Origin: Candidatus Limnocylindrus sp.
GTDB taxonomy: Bacteria; Chloroflexota; Limnocylindria; Limnocylindrales; Limnocylindraceae
Direction: 5' to 3'
DNA length: 64,000 nt
NCBI GenBank assembly: GCA_040397175.1
Contig: JBBAWM010000002.1
Span: forward strand, 32,001-96,000
Shown here: positions 48,498-58,941 of the stretch, in pieces
Position numbering within the stretch: position 1 is the stretch's first letter
Layout: each line of letters begins with the position of its first letter
Notes under the pieces: generated by a model
The model's database searches: none
Told to the model about the DNA's origin: nothing
The model's input: only the letters and a program-made list of their open reading frames with translations
Program-made: the position numbers and the translations under genes

Positions 48498-49045
48498 GGA
48501 ACGAGCAGCGAGCGAAGGCCTTCTGGAAGGGCTCCGCCGAGGAGTAGATGTGCGACCGGAAAGACCACGCCACGAATAACGTCAGATGATTGTGCAGCGG
48601 TAATTGCCACTGCAATGTCGTTGAGCGGGGCAGGGATGGGCAGCTTCGCTACGGCCGCAGCATCAAGGACAAAGATCAGGGCAGCCATCGCAACGCTCCC
48701 CTGAGCAACGCCAAAGAGTGCTCCGAGCGCGGTATCGAGCGGGCCAAGGTGAATGGCGCGCAGCGATGCCTGTAATAGTCGGCCGATCAGGAACGAGGCA
48801 ATGGCCAAGAGCACCCAGATGCCACCAAGAAAGATGCCGAACCCGATCAGACGCGTATCGACATCGGGAAGGAGCGTCGCCACGAACTGCGTGATGACCA
48901 TCTGACCCTGCGCGCTAATAAACAGGCCGAGCGCAAGAGCGAGGAGTGCGACGGCGCTGCGCGCCGCACCAGTTCGTCCCCCGCTCCACGCAGCTATGAC
49001 GAGGAGCACCACAACTACAAGGTCGACGAGTACCGTCGGGCTCAT
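48494..49045 (-). CDS. CvpA family membrane protein
   Basis: 4 TMs, D.ALGALFG motif; pheT-cvpA-mutS2 synteny. Confidence 0.85.
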   Translation of the reverse strand: MSPTVLVDLVVVVLLVIAAWSGGRTGAARSAVALLALALGLFISAQGQMVITQFVATLLPDVDTRLIGFGIFLGGIWVLLAIASFLIGRLLQASLRAIHLGPLDTALGALFGVAQGSVAMAALIFVLDAAAVAKLPIPAPLNDIAVAITAAQSSDVIRGVVFPVAHLLLGGALPEGLRSLLVP

Positions 49046-51519
49046 TGCCCCTCGGTGCCGCGGATACGTGCTCCGCAGGAGCGGAGTACGGCCCCCTCGA
49101 AGGCGGTAAGTTCTGCGGCAATCGCCGCATCGTCAGCCCCAGTCGCGGTCGGTTGGAAGGTGAAGCGTAGTCCGGCTGATCGCTCGCCTAGGGCTAGTGG
49201 CGGTCCAGCAAAGAGGTCAAAGAGCTCAATGTCGGTTGCTCGCGAGACTGCACCCCGAGCGACATCCACAACTTGCCCCACGGTGGCTGTAGCGGGAATG
49301 ATGAGGGCAACATCGCGCGTTACCGGCGGCGTTGTGGGGGGGAGCGCCACATGCGTAACCTCAAGGCGACCGGAGCGAAGTCCGGCGATCGCCACCTCAG
49401 CGAGGAGGATGCGGGGTTCATCACGCCAGACCGGCGATGCTGGATGGAGCTCTCCGAGGAGGCCGGCAACGCGGTCACCGGTGATCGTCGCGCTGATGCC
49501 AGGGTGGAGCACTGCGTTCTCGCTCAACGCGCCGTAGGTTGGTCGCTCGCCAACAAGGTGGGAAACCTTCGCGAGGAGCCGTTTCACTTCGTCGAGGCTC
49601 CACGTTGAATCGCTTGCACTCGGGGTGCCCGGCTCTCGTTCCCCCCATACCGCAATGGCGAGACGGGTCCACTCTGTCGGAGCACCCGCGGTGCTCCCAT
49701 ATCCACGACCAACTTCAAAGATCGCGCCTGACGCGGCTCCATATCGCACGTTCGCATCCACCCTGTCGAGCAGGCTGGGGATCAGTGATTGGCGGAGTCG
49801 GTCGTGGTCCGTTGAGAGCGGATTTTGCAACACGATCACCGCACCACCCGCCGCTCCCTCCGATGCCGCAAGAGCCCCGGTAACGAGCGAGGCGGGCTCA
49901 CTCCAAAGCTCCGCCTGTGCGGCCGATACGAGTGCGTGCGTGACCACTTCGTGTAGCCCTGTATCCGCGAGGAGGCGACGCACGCGATCACGGAGGAGCG
50001 TCGGGCTTGGTCGGTGCGGTGGCAGATCTGCACTCGGGATCGACGTCGGAATCCGCTCATAGCCGTAGAGGCGGGCGATCTCTTCCGCCAGATCGGCCTC
50101 TATCTCAAGATCGCTGCGCCAGCTCGGCACGCAGACCGCTCGAGCACTCCCCTTCGCGGTGGAAACGGTGCGTTTCGGGGTGACGGCGATCTTGACTGGA
50201 TCCGCAACGGACGCTTCAGCGATGCCGATTGTTCCAAGGAGTGCCACCTGCTCATCGTCCGTGAGTGCAACGCCGACGAGGGCGCGAACGCGCGCGGGAC
50301 GGAAGTTCAGCGATGCTGCGGGAACCTCTGTGGCCCCGCTGACGAGGCGCCCTGAACGAACCACGCCACCAGCCCACGCAGTGAGGAGAGCGGCGACCTG
50401 GTCGGCTCCAAGGGTTGCGAGGCGGCGCTCTTGGCCGCGCTCAAAGCGGTGAGAGGCTTCAGAGCGCAAGCTATGTCGCTGCGCGGTGCGCCGGACTGAG
50501 GTTGGGGCGAAGATCGCGCTTTCGATGATGACACTTCTAGTCGCGGGGGACACCTCACTGCTCGCTCCCCCCATCACACCGGCGAGGGCGAGGGCAGCGC
50601 GCTCATCGGCTACCACTAGGTCGGTCGCATCAAGGGTGCGCACCTCATGGTCGAGCGTCTCAAGGCGCTCCCCCTTCGTGGCGAAGCGAATCTGCACGGT
50701 GTCGCCCACCTTCGCGCGATCGAAGGCGTGCGTCGGCTTGCCAAGCTCCAACATGATGTAATTGGTTGCGTCGACAACGTTCGAGATCGAACGGAGGCCC
50801 GCTGCCTTCAGGCGCATCTGCACGCGATCTGGTGATGCGGTGACGGTGACGCCGTCAACCACCCGTAGCACCACATGCGGTGCCAGGGTCTCATCGGCGA
50901 CGCGAAGGGCCAACCCCGCGCCAATGGCGTCGCTCTCCTCGGTGAGCGGCCGTGCGACATAGGCCACCGGAGCGCCCGTGATCGCACCAACCTCGCGGGC
51001 GAGACCCAAAATCGAAAGGAGATCGCCGCGGTTCGGCTTGACGTCGACATCGATCACCTCTTCGCCAAGGTAATCGACGAGGGGCATCCCAAGGGGGGCC
51101 GACGGATCAAGGATCAGGATGCCATCACCATCGTCGGTCGCATCGAGCTCTTGGCCGGAGCAAAGCATCCCCTCTGACGCGATCCCCATCTTCTCGGCGC
51201 GCTCGATGCGTCGTCCGTCGGGCATCTCCGCGCCGACAAGCGCCACAGGGATACGCTGGCCTGCGGCAATATTTCGAGCGCCACAAACAATGTTGAGAGT
51301 CGGACCATCGCCGATCCGTACCTTCGTCAGCTGCAGTCGGTCGGCCTTCGGATGTGGGCCGACCTCGAGGAGTTCGCCGACGACCATCTTGTTCCAGTTG
51401 GCACCCCACCGCTCGACCCCACGAACCTCAAGGCCGCGCAGGGTAAGCGCGTCGGCCAACTGCTCAGCACTTAACTGTAAGTCGGTGAATTCACGAAGCC
51501 AGGAGAGTGGAACCTTCAT
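49042..51519 (-). CDS. pheT: Phenylalanine--tRNA ligase beta subunit
   Basis: MKVPLSWL, HPKADRL, CGARN, PNRGD, NVVDATNY, DLAEEIARLYGY. Confidence 0.97.
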   Translation of the reverse strand: MKVPLSWLREFTDLQLSAEQLADALTLRGLEVRGVERWGANWNKMVVGELLEVGPHPKADRLQLTKVRIGDGPTLNIVCGARNIAAGQRIPVALVGAEMPDGRRIERAEKMGIASEGMLCSGQELDATDDGDGILILDPSAPLGMPLVDYLGEEVIDVDVKPNRGDLLSILGLAREVGAITGAPVAYVARPLTEESDAIGAGLALRVADETLAPHVVLRVVDGVTVTASPDRVQMRLKAAGLRSISNVVDATNYIMLELGKPTHAFDRAKVGDTVQIRFATKGERLETLDHEVRTLDATDLVVADERAALALAGVMGGASSEVSPATRSVIIESAIFAPTSVRRTAQRHSLRSEASHRFERGQERRLATLGADQVAALLTAWAGGVVRSGRLVSGATEVPAASLNFRPARVRALVGVALTDDEQVALLGTIGIAEASVADPVKIAVTPKRTVSTAKGSARAVCVPSWRSDLEIEADLAEEIARLYGYERIPTSIPSADLPPHRPSPTLLRDRVRRLLADTGLHEVVTHALVSAAQAELWSEPASLVTGALAASEGAAGGAVIVLQNPLSTDHDRLRQSLIPSLLDRVDANVRYGAASGAIFEVGRGYGSTAGAPTEWTRLAIAVWGEREPGTPSASDSTWSLDEVKRLLAKVSHLVGERPTYGALSENAVLHPGISATITGDRVAGLLGELHPASPVWRDEPRILLAEVAIAGLRSGRLEVTHVALPPTTPPVTRDVALIIPATATVGQVVDVARGAVSRATDIELFDLFAGPPLALGERSAGLRFTFQPTATGADDAAIAAELTAFEGAVLRSCGARIRGTEGQ

Positions 51520-52529
51520 CGGAATCCCGCCAAGAAGCGCAGGTCGTTCTCCAGGAAGGTACGGAGGTCGGGGATGTCATGGCGCAACATGGCGATGCGC
51601 TCGACGCCGAGCCCGAAGGCAAAACCTTGATGGGTCTCTGGATCAATGCCGCCATTCTCTAGGACGACGGGATGCACCATGCCGGCACCAAGGATGGTCA
51701 TCCAGCCATCTTTGCTCCCTGGCCACGAAACGTCCACCGCTACGGACGGCTCGGTGAACGGGTAATAGCCTGGCCGAAACCTGGTGCGCGCCGCGGCTCC
51801 AAAGAGGCCCTTCGCTAACTCATCGAGGATGCCCTTCAGGTCGGCGAGCGTCGCACCGCGGTCAACCAGTAGCCCTTCGACCTGATGGAATTCGAAGCCA
51901 TGGCTCGCATCGACCGCCTCATAGCGGAAACAACGGCCAGGAAGGATCACGCGGATCGGCGGGCCACCAGCCTTCATCGTTCGGATCTGCCCTGGCGACG
52001 TGTGCGTGCGCAGCAGTCGTCCAGGCTCCTGTAAGTAGAGCGTGTCCCAGAGGTCTCGCGACGGGTGGTCTTCGGGAATGTTCAACAACTGAAAATTGGT
52101 GACGTCATCTTCAATCTCCTGCCCTTCGGCGACAACAAAGCCAAATGAGGACATGATCTCGGCAATCGCGGCGATCGTTTCTGGGATCGGGTGCAGCGAA
52201 CCCACGCGCGGCGCTGGCCCTGGAGTTGTCGCATCGACGCGCTCCCGTTCAATACGTGCAAGGAGCTCACCAGCTGAGAGGGCGTCTCGACGCGTATTGA
52301 CGAGCGCGTCGATCGCCGCGCGCACCTCATTGGCAACAACGCCGATCTTGGGGCGGTCGTCCGCCGGAAGCGCACCGATGCCGCGAAGGATCTCGGTGAT
52401 TGCGCCGCGCTTCCCCAGAAGTGACGAGCCAAGTTCATCCAGGTCTGGAGTTGTTTGCACAGCCGCGATGCGCGATGCGGCATCAGCCTGCAGTGTGCGG
52501 AGTTGCTTCTCGAGCGCTGCGAGGTCCAC
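51516..52529 (-). CDS. pheS: Phenylalanine--tRNA ligase alpha subunit
   Basis: LLRTHTSPGQ, FHQVEGL, RPGYYPFTEPS, GFAFGLGVER. Confidence 0.98.
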   Translation of the reverse strand: MDLAALEKQLRTLQADAASRIAAVQTTPDLDELGSSLLGKRGAITEILRGIGALPADDRPKIGVVANEVRAAIDALVNTRRDALSAGELLARIERERVDATTPGPAPRVGSLHPIPETIAAIAEIMSSFGFVVAEGQEIEDDVTNFQLLNIPEDHPSRDLWDTLYLQEPGRLLRTHTSPGQIRTMKAGGPPIRVILPGRCFRYEAVDASHGFEFHQVEGLLVDRGATLADLKGILDELAKGLFGAAARTRFRPGYYPFTEPSVAVDVSWPGSKDGWMTILGAGMVHPVVLENGGIDPETHQGFAFGLGVERIAMLRHDIPDLRTFLENDLRFLAGFR

Positions 52530-52547
52530 TACCGCGGACCGAGGGGG

Positions 52548-52898
52548 CTAGGCGCGCTTCGCTGCGACCGCGACCGCCGTGAATGCCGCGGCATCGCGAA
52601 CAGCGAGGTCGGCCAACATCTTGCGGTCAATCGCAATGTTATTGCGCTTGAGGCCGGCGATGAATTGTGAATACGAGATGCCGTTGAGGCGCGCTGCCGC
52701 GTTCACGCGGTGAATCCACAGCTCGCGCATCTGTCGCTTGCGCTGCTGTCGGTCTCGAGTTGCGTAGGCAAGGGCGTGAAGAAGGGCCTCGCGCGCTGGA
52801 CGAATCAGCTTGCTGCGTGTGCCACGTCGACCCTCAGCAGCCTGAAGCAGGCGCTTATGGCGCTTGTGACCGGCAACTCCGCGCTTGACTCGTGCCAT
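52548..52898 (-). CDS. rplT: 50S ribosomal protein L20
   Basis: [26 protein letters not shown]. Confidence 0.98.
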   Translation of the reverse strand: MARVKRGVAGHKRHKRLLQAAEGRRGTRSKLIRPAREALLHALAYATRDRQQRKRQMRELWIHRVNAAARLNGISYSQFIAGLKRNNIAIDRKMLADLAVRDAAAFTAVAVAAKRA

Positions 52899-52920
52899 CT
52901 TCTACTCCTCTCGTTGCCGC

Positions 52921-53121
52921 TCAGCCGCCGTACGGCAGCAGGCGGGAAATCTGATTCTTGTGGGTCACGCCGAGAACAGCCTTGCCGGCGTAGCGGCGGA
53001 TACGTCGGGACGACTTGATTTCAAGGTGGTGGCCACGCCACGACTTCACGCGGATCGGCTTCCCCGAGCCGGTGAATCCGATGCGCTTCTGCGCGCCCTT
53101 GTGCGTCTTCATCTTTGGCAT
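52921..53121 (-). CDS. rpmI: 50S ribosomal protein L35
   Basis: MPKMKTHKGAQKR..TGSGK. Confidence 0.96.
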   Translation of the reverse strand: MPKMKTHKGAQKRIGFTGSGKPIRVKSWRGHHLEIKSSRRIRRYAGKAVLGVTHKNQISRLLPYGG

Positions 53122-53123
53122 GG

Positions 53124-53699
53124 TTACTCCCCTTCGAGGGCTGGTACGGCCGGCTCATCGGTGCCGGGTGCCGGGGCCGTCTGGCCCTTCTGTCGGGGTA
53201 ATGCTACCAGTTGGATCGAGAGGAAGCGTCCCTCGAGGAGGGAGGGGCGTTCGAGCTGGGCCACATCGGCCAATCCCTGCACAACCCGGTCCAGGATTGC
53301 CCGCCCAATCTCGGGGTGGGTCATCTCGCGACCGCGGAACTTGACCGAGAATTTCACCCGGTCGCCCCCAGAAAGGAATTTATGGGCCTGGCGGATCTTG
53401 GTCTGGAGGTCGGCATCTCCGATCTTTGGGGTGCAGCGAAGCTCCTTCAAATCGGCAGTTTTCTGGCGTTTGCGAGCGTCCTGCTCCTTCTTCTGTGCCT
53501 CGTACTTGAACTTGCCGTAGTCGAGGTACTTGCAAACAGGGGGTGCTGAGGTTGGAGCGATCTCTACGAGGTCTAGGCCGCGCTCCTGTGCCTGGCGCAG
53601 GGCTTCGGGGGTAGCGAGGACGCCAAGCTGGTTCCCCTCCTCATCCAGAACGCGCACCTGCGGAACGCGGATCTGGGTATTGATGCGTAGATCCTTAAT
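53124..53699 (-). CDS. infC: Translation initiation factor IF-3 (ATT start)
   Basis: IKDLRINTQIR upstream of first GTG; LDLVEIAP..PPVCK..DYGKFKYE, FRGRE. Confidence 0.96.
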   Translation of the reverse strand: MKDLRINTQIRVPQVRVLDEEGNQLGVLATPEALRQAQERGLDLVEIAPTSAPPVCKYLDYGKFKYEAQKKEQDARKRQKTADLKELRCTPKIGDADLQTKIRQAHKFLSGGDRVKFSVKFRGREMTHPEIGRAILDRVVQGLADVAQLERPSLLEGRFLSIQLVALPRQKGQTAPAPGTDEPAVPALEGE

Positions 53700-53772
53700 C
53701 GGTCAGACCCTCACGATCATCAGCCTTGGGCCCGAGGACAGCGTCCTTGCGGGGGTAGCGAGCGTAGCACCC

Positions 53773-55614
53773 TCACGGGGTGCGAGCAGCCGCGCGAGCG
53801 GCGAGGGTGGCGGCGAGGGCCTCCCAGGTGGTAGCCGGTTCCTGGGTGCCATCGCGCCAGCGCGGCGCCGCCCCACCAGCCTCGATCTCCTTGTCGCCCA
53901 CCACCAGCATGAGTGGCACCTTCTGCTCTTGCGCCAACCGGATCTTGTTCTGCATCCGGTTGGAAGAGTCGTCGATGCTGACGCGAATGCCGGCGGCTCG
54001 CAGCAGCGCCGCACCCGCCGTCACGAATTCGAGGTGGCGGTCAGCAATCGGAATAATCACAACCTGCTCGGGGGCCAACCAGAATGGGAATGCGCCCGCA
54101 TAGTGCTCAACCAGGATGCCAATGAAACGCTCGAGCGAACCGTAGATCGCACGATGGATGGCGATGGGGCGCACCCGCTCCCCCGCCTCGTCGGTATACG
54201 TGAGGTCGAAGCGCTCTGGGAGCATCACAAGATCAACCTGCACCGTTGCCGTCTGCCACTCACGTCCGAGCGCGTCGCGAACGATGATGTCGATCTTCGG
54301 CGCATAGAACGCCCCGTCACCAGCGTTGAGGCGCCACTTTGCGCCAGAGTCGCGCAGCGCCTTCTCGATCATCGACTCCGCCTTCTCCCAGAGCTTCGGA
54401 TCGCCGAGCGCCTTCGCAGGCTTCGTCGAGAAGACGAACTCCACTGGGAGATCGAACCAGGCGTAGACCTCCCGCACCTCTTCGAGGAGCGCGGCAACTT
54501 CCGATTCAATCTGATCTGGGCGCACGTAGATATGTCCATCGTCTTGGATGAAGTGTCGTACGCGCGTCAAGCCGCTGAGCGTGCCAGACAGTTCATTTCG
54601 ATGGAGTCGGCCATATTCGGAGAGCCGGAGCGGCAGATCGCGGTAGCTGCGCGTACGCGTGCGATAGATCACCGTGCTCTCAGGGCAGTTCATCGGCTTG
54701 AGGCTGAACTCTTCACCTTCGGATTCGATGATGAACATGTTGTCGCGATAGAGATCCCAGTGGCCGGACTGCTCCCAAAGGTTTTTGCTGACGACGATCG
54801 GCGTGGAGATCTCTTGATAGCCGCGCCGCTCTTGCATTTCGCGCATCGCACCTTCGAGCGTGCGCCAGAGGCGCTGCCCCTTCGGATGCCAGAAGGCGCT
54901 GCCGGGCGAGACATCGTGGAACGAGAAGAGATCAAGTGCGACCCCGAGCTTGCGATGATCCCGCTTGCGCGCCTCATCGCGACGCCACAGGTACTGGTCG
55001 AGCTGCTCCTGCGTCTCCCACGCGGTGCCGTAGATGCGCTGCAACATCGGCCGATCGTTCTTGCCGCGCCAGTAGGCCCCAGCGATCGAGAGCAGCTTGA
55101 ACGGACCGATCTTCCCCGTGCTCTCTACATGCGGCCCCCGGCAGAGATCTTGGAATTCGCCGTGCTGGTAGGTGGTGACGTTCGGGGCAACCTTCCCCTC
55201 GCCTGCGGCAGCTTTGGCAAGGTCGTCCATGATCTCGATCTTGAAGATCTGATCTGCACGAACCAGCAGAGCGCGCTCGTCGTCAAAGGTGTGCTCGGCG
55301 AGCGTGAACGTATGGTTTGCGGCGATGCTCTTGGCCATCTCTGCCTCAATGGCGGCGAGATCGTCCGGGGTGAGTGCACGCTCCAAGAGGAAGTCGTAGT
55401 AGAACCCGTCGGTAATCGCAGGGCCGATGCCCAGCTTTGCGCTGGGGAAGAGGCGCAACACCGCCTCGGCCATGACATGGGCGGCGGAGTGGCGCATTCG
55501 GCTGAGGATGTCGCTGGCGCCCGCATCGAGAAGCTCCTCGGCGGAGCCACGCGCGGGGGCTTCGAGGATCTCGTCGACCTCGACGACCTCTGCTCCGGCT
55601 GCCTCTTCTGCCAT
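53773..55614 (-). CDS. thrS: Threonine--tRNA ligase (no N-terminal TGS domain)
   Basis: RHSAAH, GFYYDF, DLCRGPH, RDHRKLG, KPMNCP, FYAPKID, HRAIYGSLERF. Confidence 0.97.
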   Translation of the reverse strand: MAEEAAGAEVVEVDEILEAPARGSAEELLDAGASDILSRMRHSAAHVMAEAVLRLFPSAKLGIGPAITDGFYYDFLLERALTPDDLAAIEAEMAKSIAANHTFTLAEHTFDDERALLVRADQIFKIEIMDDLAKAAAGEGKVAPNVTTYQHGEFQDLCRGPHVESTGKIGPFKLLSIAGAYWRGKNDRPMLQRIYGTAWETQEQLDQYLWRRDEARKRDHRKLGVALDLFSFHDVSPGSAFWHPKGQRLWRTLEGAMREMQERRGYQEISTPIVVSKNLWEQSGHWDLYRDNMFIIESEGEEFSLKPMNCPESTVIYRTRTRSYRDLPLRLSEYGRLHRNELSGTLSGLTRVRHFIQDDGHIYVRPDQIESEVAALLEEVREVYAWFDLPVEFVFSTKPAKALGDPKLWEKAESMIEKALRDSGAKWRLNAGDGAFYAPKIDIIVRDALGREWQTATVQVDLVMLPERFDLTYTDEAGERVRPIAIHRAIYGSLERFIGILVEHYAGAFPFWLAPEQVVIIPIADRHLEFVTAGAALLRAAGIRVSIDDSSNRMQNKIRLAQEQKVPLMLVVGDKEIEAGGAAPRWRDGTQEPATTWEALAATLAARAAARTP

Positions 55615-55645
55615 CCCTTGGACCCCTCTCCGCACCATGCGGTAC

Positions 55646-55722
55646 TGGTGGGCGGTACAGGACTCGAACCTGTGACCTCAGCCATGTCAAGGCTGCGCTC
55701 TAACCAACTGAGCTAACCGCCC
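55646..55722 (-). tRNA. tRNA-Val(GAC)
   Basis: GGGCGGTTAGCTCAGTTGGTTAGAGCGCAGCCTTGACATGGCTGAGGTCACAGGTTCGAGTCCTGTACCGCCCACCA; full cloverleaf, encoded CCA. Confidence 0.97.
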
Positions 55723-55756
55723 AAGGAGCCAGAGGATAGCCGATACACTCCCTCGC

Positions 55757-56662
55757 ATGATCGACCGAGCGTACCGAGCCACCCCGACCCCGCTGATCGT
55801 CTGTGTCGGCGACCTGATCGACGAGATCGCCGTGCGCCTTGACGCGCCGTGGCATCGCGGCTCTGACGCCGCGGCGCAGATCACACGCCGTCGCGGTGGG
55901 AGCGCCGCCAACGTTGCCGTGGCAGCGGTGGCCTCTGGGGGCGCGGCGCGATTCATTGGTGCCGTTGGCGACGACGCGACCGCGGAGGCCCTTGAGGCGG
56001 CCCTCCTCCGCGCTGGGGTGGAGCCGCTCCTGCAGCGCGGTGGTCGCAGCGCCAGCATCGTGGTGGTCGTTGAGCCTGACGGCGAACGAACCATGCTCCC
56101 CGACCGCGCCGCGGCGCTCACCCTCCGTGACCCAGGCCCAGCGGCGCTTGCTGGCGGATCGTGGTTGCACGCCCCCGCCTACTCGCTCTTCGGTGAGCCG
56201 CTCGGCACAACCACTGCGCGGCTCTTCGAGCAGGCCCACGCCGCAGGTATTCCAACCTCGCTGGACGCCTCATCGGTTGGTGCCCTGAGCGCTTGGGGGG
56301 CCGAGGAGAGTCGCCGCCGCCTTGCCGAGCTCACCCCCACCCTCTTGTTCGCCAACGAAGAGGAGTGCACCTACCTCGATCTCGTTGATCGCCCACTACC
56401 GGAAACGATCCTCATTGCGAAACATGGCGCAGGGATCGCCGAGGTGCGCACGTCGCGCGGTGGGCAGGTCGCCGCCCTCCCCGCGCATCCACTTCCAATA
56501 GGCATCGACAGCACCGGTGCAGGCGACGCGTTTGCCGGTGGCCTCCTCGTTGCGCGTGCACGCAACGAATCGTGGGAGGATGCGTTAGCGGCCGGTCACG
56601 CCGCTGCCGCACAACATCTGCAGCGACAGGCAGCCAAAAGCGACGAGAGGGGGGTTTCGTGA
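55757..56662 (+). CDS. PfkB family kinase, probable pseudouridine kinase
   Basis: GGSAANVA, ANEEE, DSTGAGDAF; coupled to psuG. Confidence 0.85.
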   Translation: MIDRAYRATPTPLIVCVGDLIDEIAVRLDAPWHRGSDAAAQITRRRGGSAANVAVAAVASGGAARFIGAVGDDATAEALEAALLRAGVEPLLQRGGRSASIVVVVEPDGERTMLPDRAAALTLRDPGPAALAGGSWLHAPAYSLFGEPLGTTTARLFEQAHAAGIPTSLDASSVGALSAWGAEESRRRLAELTPTLLFANEEECTYLDLVDRPLPETILIAKHGAGIAEVRTSRGGQVAALPAHPLPIGIDSTGAGDAFAGGLLVARARNESWEDALAAGHAAAAQHLQRQAAKSDERGVS

Positions 56663-57561
56663 AGATTCAGATGTCCGCTGAAGTAGCAGCCGCATTAGCT
56701 TCCGGCACGCCGGTCGTGGCACTGGAATCGACCATCACCTCGAAGATGGGCCTCCCTGCTCCCTACAATCGTGCGTGCTTCGATCGGGTGAACGCAGCGA
56801 TCCGTTCTACTGGTGCAGTCCCCGCCGTCACCGCCCTCATCGATGGTGAGCTGTGGGCCGGCATTGAACCCCACCATGAGGCACGCGTGCTTGCCGCTGA
56901 CGAGAAGCTCGCCGAACGCGATCTACCCGTTGCCATGGCGGCAAAGCGCACGGGGGTAACCACGGTTTCTGCAACGGTCACCATCGCTGGGCTCGCCGGC
57001 ATTGGCGTCTTTGCTACGGGAGGTATCGGCGGAGTACATCGCGGCGCTGAGATGAGCTTCGATGTCTCTTCGGATCTCGGTGCGATGGCACGTCATCCCG
57101 TCATCGTGGTGAGCGCGGGCGCGAAAGCGTTCCTCGATCTTCCAAAAACCCTTGAGGTACTGGAAACCCTGAGTGTGCCGGTGATCGGCTACCAGACCGA
57201 TTCCTTTCCAGCCTTCTGGAGTCGAAGTAGCGGCCTCCCACTGAACCATCGGGTCGAAAGTGCGGCGGAGATCGCCGCGATTGCCATCGCAAACGCTGCA
57301 CTCGGTTGGCCCGGCGGCATGCTGGTGGCGAATCCGATCCCACACGACGCCGAGATTCCCGCGTCTGACATCGCCGACGCCATTGCGGCGGGGCTTGCGG
57401 CGGCGGAGCAGGCTGGTGCTACCGGCCCGAAAGCAACACCGAAGATCTTGGCTGCGATCGCGGCGGCCACAGATTCCCGCTCAATTCCCGCGAACCTTGC
57501 ACTTGCGGAGTCCAACGCCCGACTTGCCGGCGAAATCGCGGCGGCGCTGCTGCGCGCCTGA
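56659..57561 (+). CDS. psuG: Pseudouridine-5'-phosphate glycosidase
   Basis: VVALESTI, TTVSAT, FATGGIGGVHR, DVSSDL, AGAKAFLDLPKTLE; GTG overlaps upstream TGA. Confidence 0.93.
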   Translation: MKIQMSAEVAAALASGTPVVALESTITSKMGLPAPYNRACFDRVNAAIRSTGAVPAVTALIDGELWAGIEPHHEARVLAADEKLAERDLPVAMAAKRTGVTTVSATVTIAGLAGIGVFATGGIGGVHRGAEMSFDVSSDLGAMARHPVIVVSAGAKAFLDLPKTLEVLETLSVPVIGYQTDSFPAFWSRSSGLPLNHRVESAAEIAAIAIANAALGWPGGMLVANPIPHDAEIPASDIADAIAAGLAAAEQAGATGPKATPKILAAIAAATDSRSIPANLALAESNARLAGEIAAALLRA

Positions 57562-57574
57562 GCTAAGCCCAGCG

Positions 57575-58915
57575 CTACGCGCGAGCGGGCCGCCGGGGAC
57601 CGCGAACGATCGACGCGATCGCCACAACAACGATCACCACTCCCACGCCAAGGAGCGTGGTCGTTGCCCCGACCGCGTCAGCGATGGGGCCGACGGCGAT
57701 GATTGGCACAAAACTCCCCAGGCTGACAAGCATGTTTAAGACGCCGAACACTCGCCCGCGCACCTCCTCTGGTAGCTCCTCTTGGAGCGCGGTTTGCGAG
57801 GGGATGGCCACCAGTCCGTACGAGGCGCCGGCAAAGTAGGCGACAATGATCACCGTCGCGAGCGCCGAAGCCCCGGAATCGATCGGGAGCTCACCCAAGA
57901 GCTTGGCACCATCGGAGATGGCCAGGCTGATCGGTACGGCCAGCGCGAGTAGTGCCAGCCCCGCACCGACGCCGAGGAGCCCGCCCTCAATCAGGCGGCG
58001 CCGCGATAAGGTCGAACCCCAGCTGTTAAGCGCCAGGATCCCGGTCACAACGCCGAGTCCGATCGGCAAGACGACCAGCCAAAAGTCGCGAGCATCGAGT
58101 CCGAGGGCGTCATGCACGTAGTCGGGGCCGAGCACTCCCATCACCCCCACAACGCTAGCGGCAATGGAGAGATAGGCCAATGACCAGAGCACGGAACTGT
58201 GCCGCCAAATGAAACGAAGCCCTTCCATCAACTCGCTCGTGGTGGTACGCGTCGCGCGCGTGGTGTTCGAGCGTAGGTTGCCGTCCGCTCTGGAAGCGGG
58301 CGACGATGGGAGTCCGAAACAGAGGAGCCCGGCCAGCAAGAAGAGCGACGCAACGAGGACGATCGCCGCCTCCGGCCCCGCAATGCGCACCACCGCCGGA
58401 CCCAGGAGGGCGAATCCAAGGGCGAACGCCGCGTTCAGGGTGAAGGTGAAGAGTCCGTTTGCGGAGGTGAGCTGATCGCGCCGCACAAGGAGTGGGATCA
58501 TCGCAAGTTCCGCAGGGGCGAACAGTGTGGTCATGATGCTGGCCAAGATATTCAGGAGCAGGACAAGGCCGAGCGAATCGACGCTCCCAATCATGAGGAA
58601 GAATGCACCCGCACGCGTCAGGTTGGCGACGATCAAGACCAATCGCTTGTCGAGACGATCAACCCACACCCCTGCAATCGGCGAGAGGAGGACTGCTGGC
58701 ACCAAGAAGCTGAGGAAGAGGGCACTGAGCGCCGAGGTTGAGCCGCTCCGTTCAGCAACGAGCACCGTGAGTCCGTACAGCACCACATTGCCGCCGATCT
58801 GTGTGAAGAGCTGTGCAATCCACAGGCGCAGGAAGGCTCCGTTCCGCAACACGCCAACGTCGGGGGGCTGCTGAAAATCCGGGATCTCCTTCTGGATCTG
58901 TGCCCCTTCGCCCAT
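57575..58915 (-). CDS. MFS transporter (MFS_3/DHA3-like)
   Basis: ~12 TMs, AGVWVDRLDKR motif A, EEVRGRVFG; ATG at 58915 after GGAGGGGAGG. Confidence 0.9.
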   Translation of the reverse strand: MGEGAQIQKEIPDFQQPPDVGVLRNGAFLRLWIAQLFTQIGGNVVLYGLTVLVAERSGSTSALSALFLSFLVPAVLLSPIAGVWVDRLDKRLVLIVANLTRAGAFFLMIGSVDSLGLVLLLNILASIMTTLFAPAELAMIPLLVRRDQLTSANGLFTFTLNAAFALGFALLGPAVVRIAGPEAAIVLVASLFLLAGLLCFGLPSSPASRADGNLRSNTTRATRTTTSELMEGLRFIWRHSSVLWSLAYLSIAASVVGVMGVLGPDYVHDALGLDARDFWLVVLPIGLGVVTGILALNSWGSTLSRRRLIEGGLLGVGAGLALLALAVPISLAISDGAKLLGELPIDSGASALATVIIVAYFAGASYGLVAIPSQTALQEELPEEVRGRVFGVLNMLVSLGSFVPIIAVGPIADAVGATTTLLGVGVVIVVVAIASIVRGPRRPARA

Positions 58916-58941
58916 CCTGCCCTCCCCTCCTGTGCGCTTCA

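Noticed and set aside
53530-55716. 728-aa ORF antisense to thrS
   Set aside because: Shadow ORF expected from high-GC codon bias; no recognisable motifs and it overlaps a tRNA.
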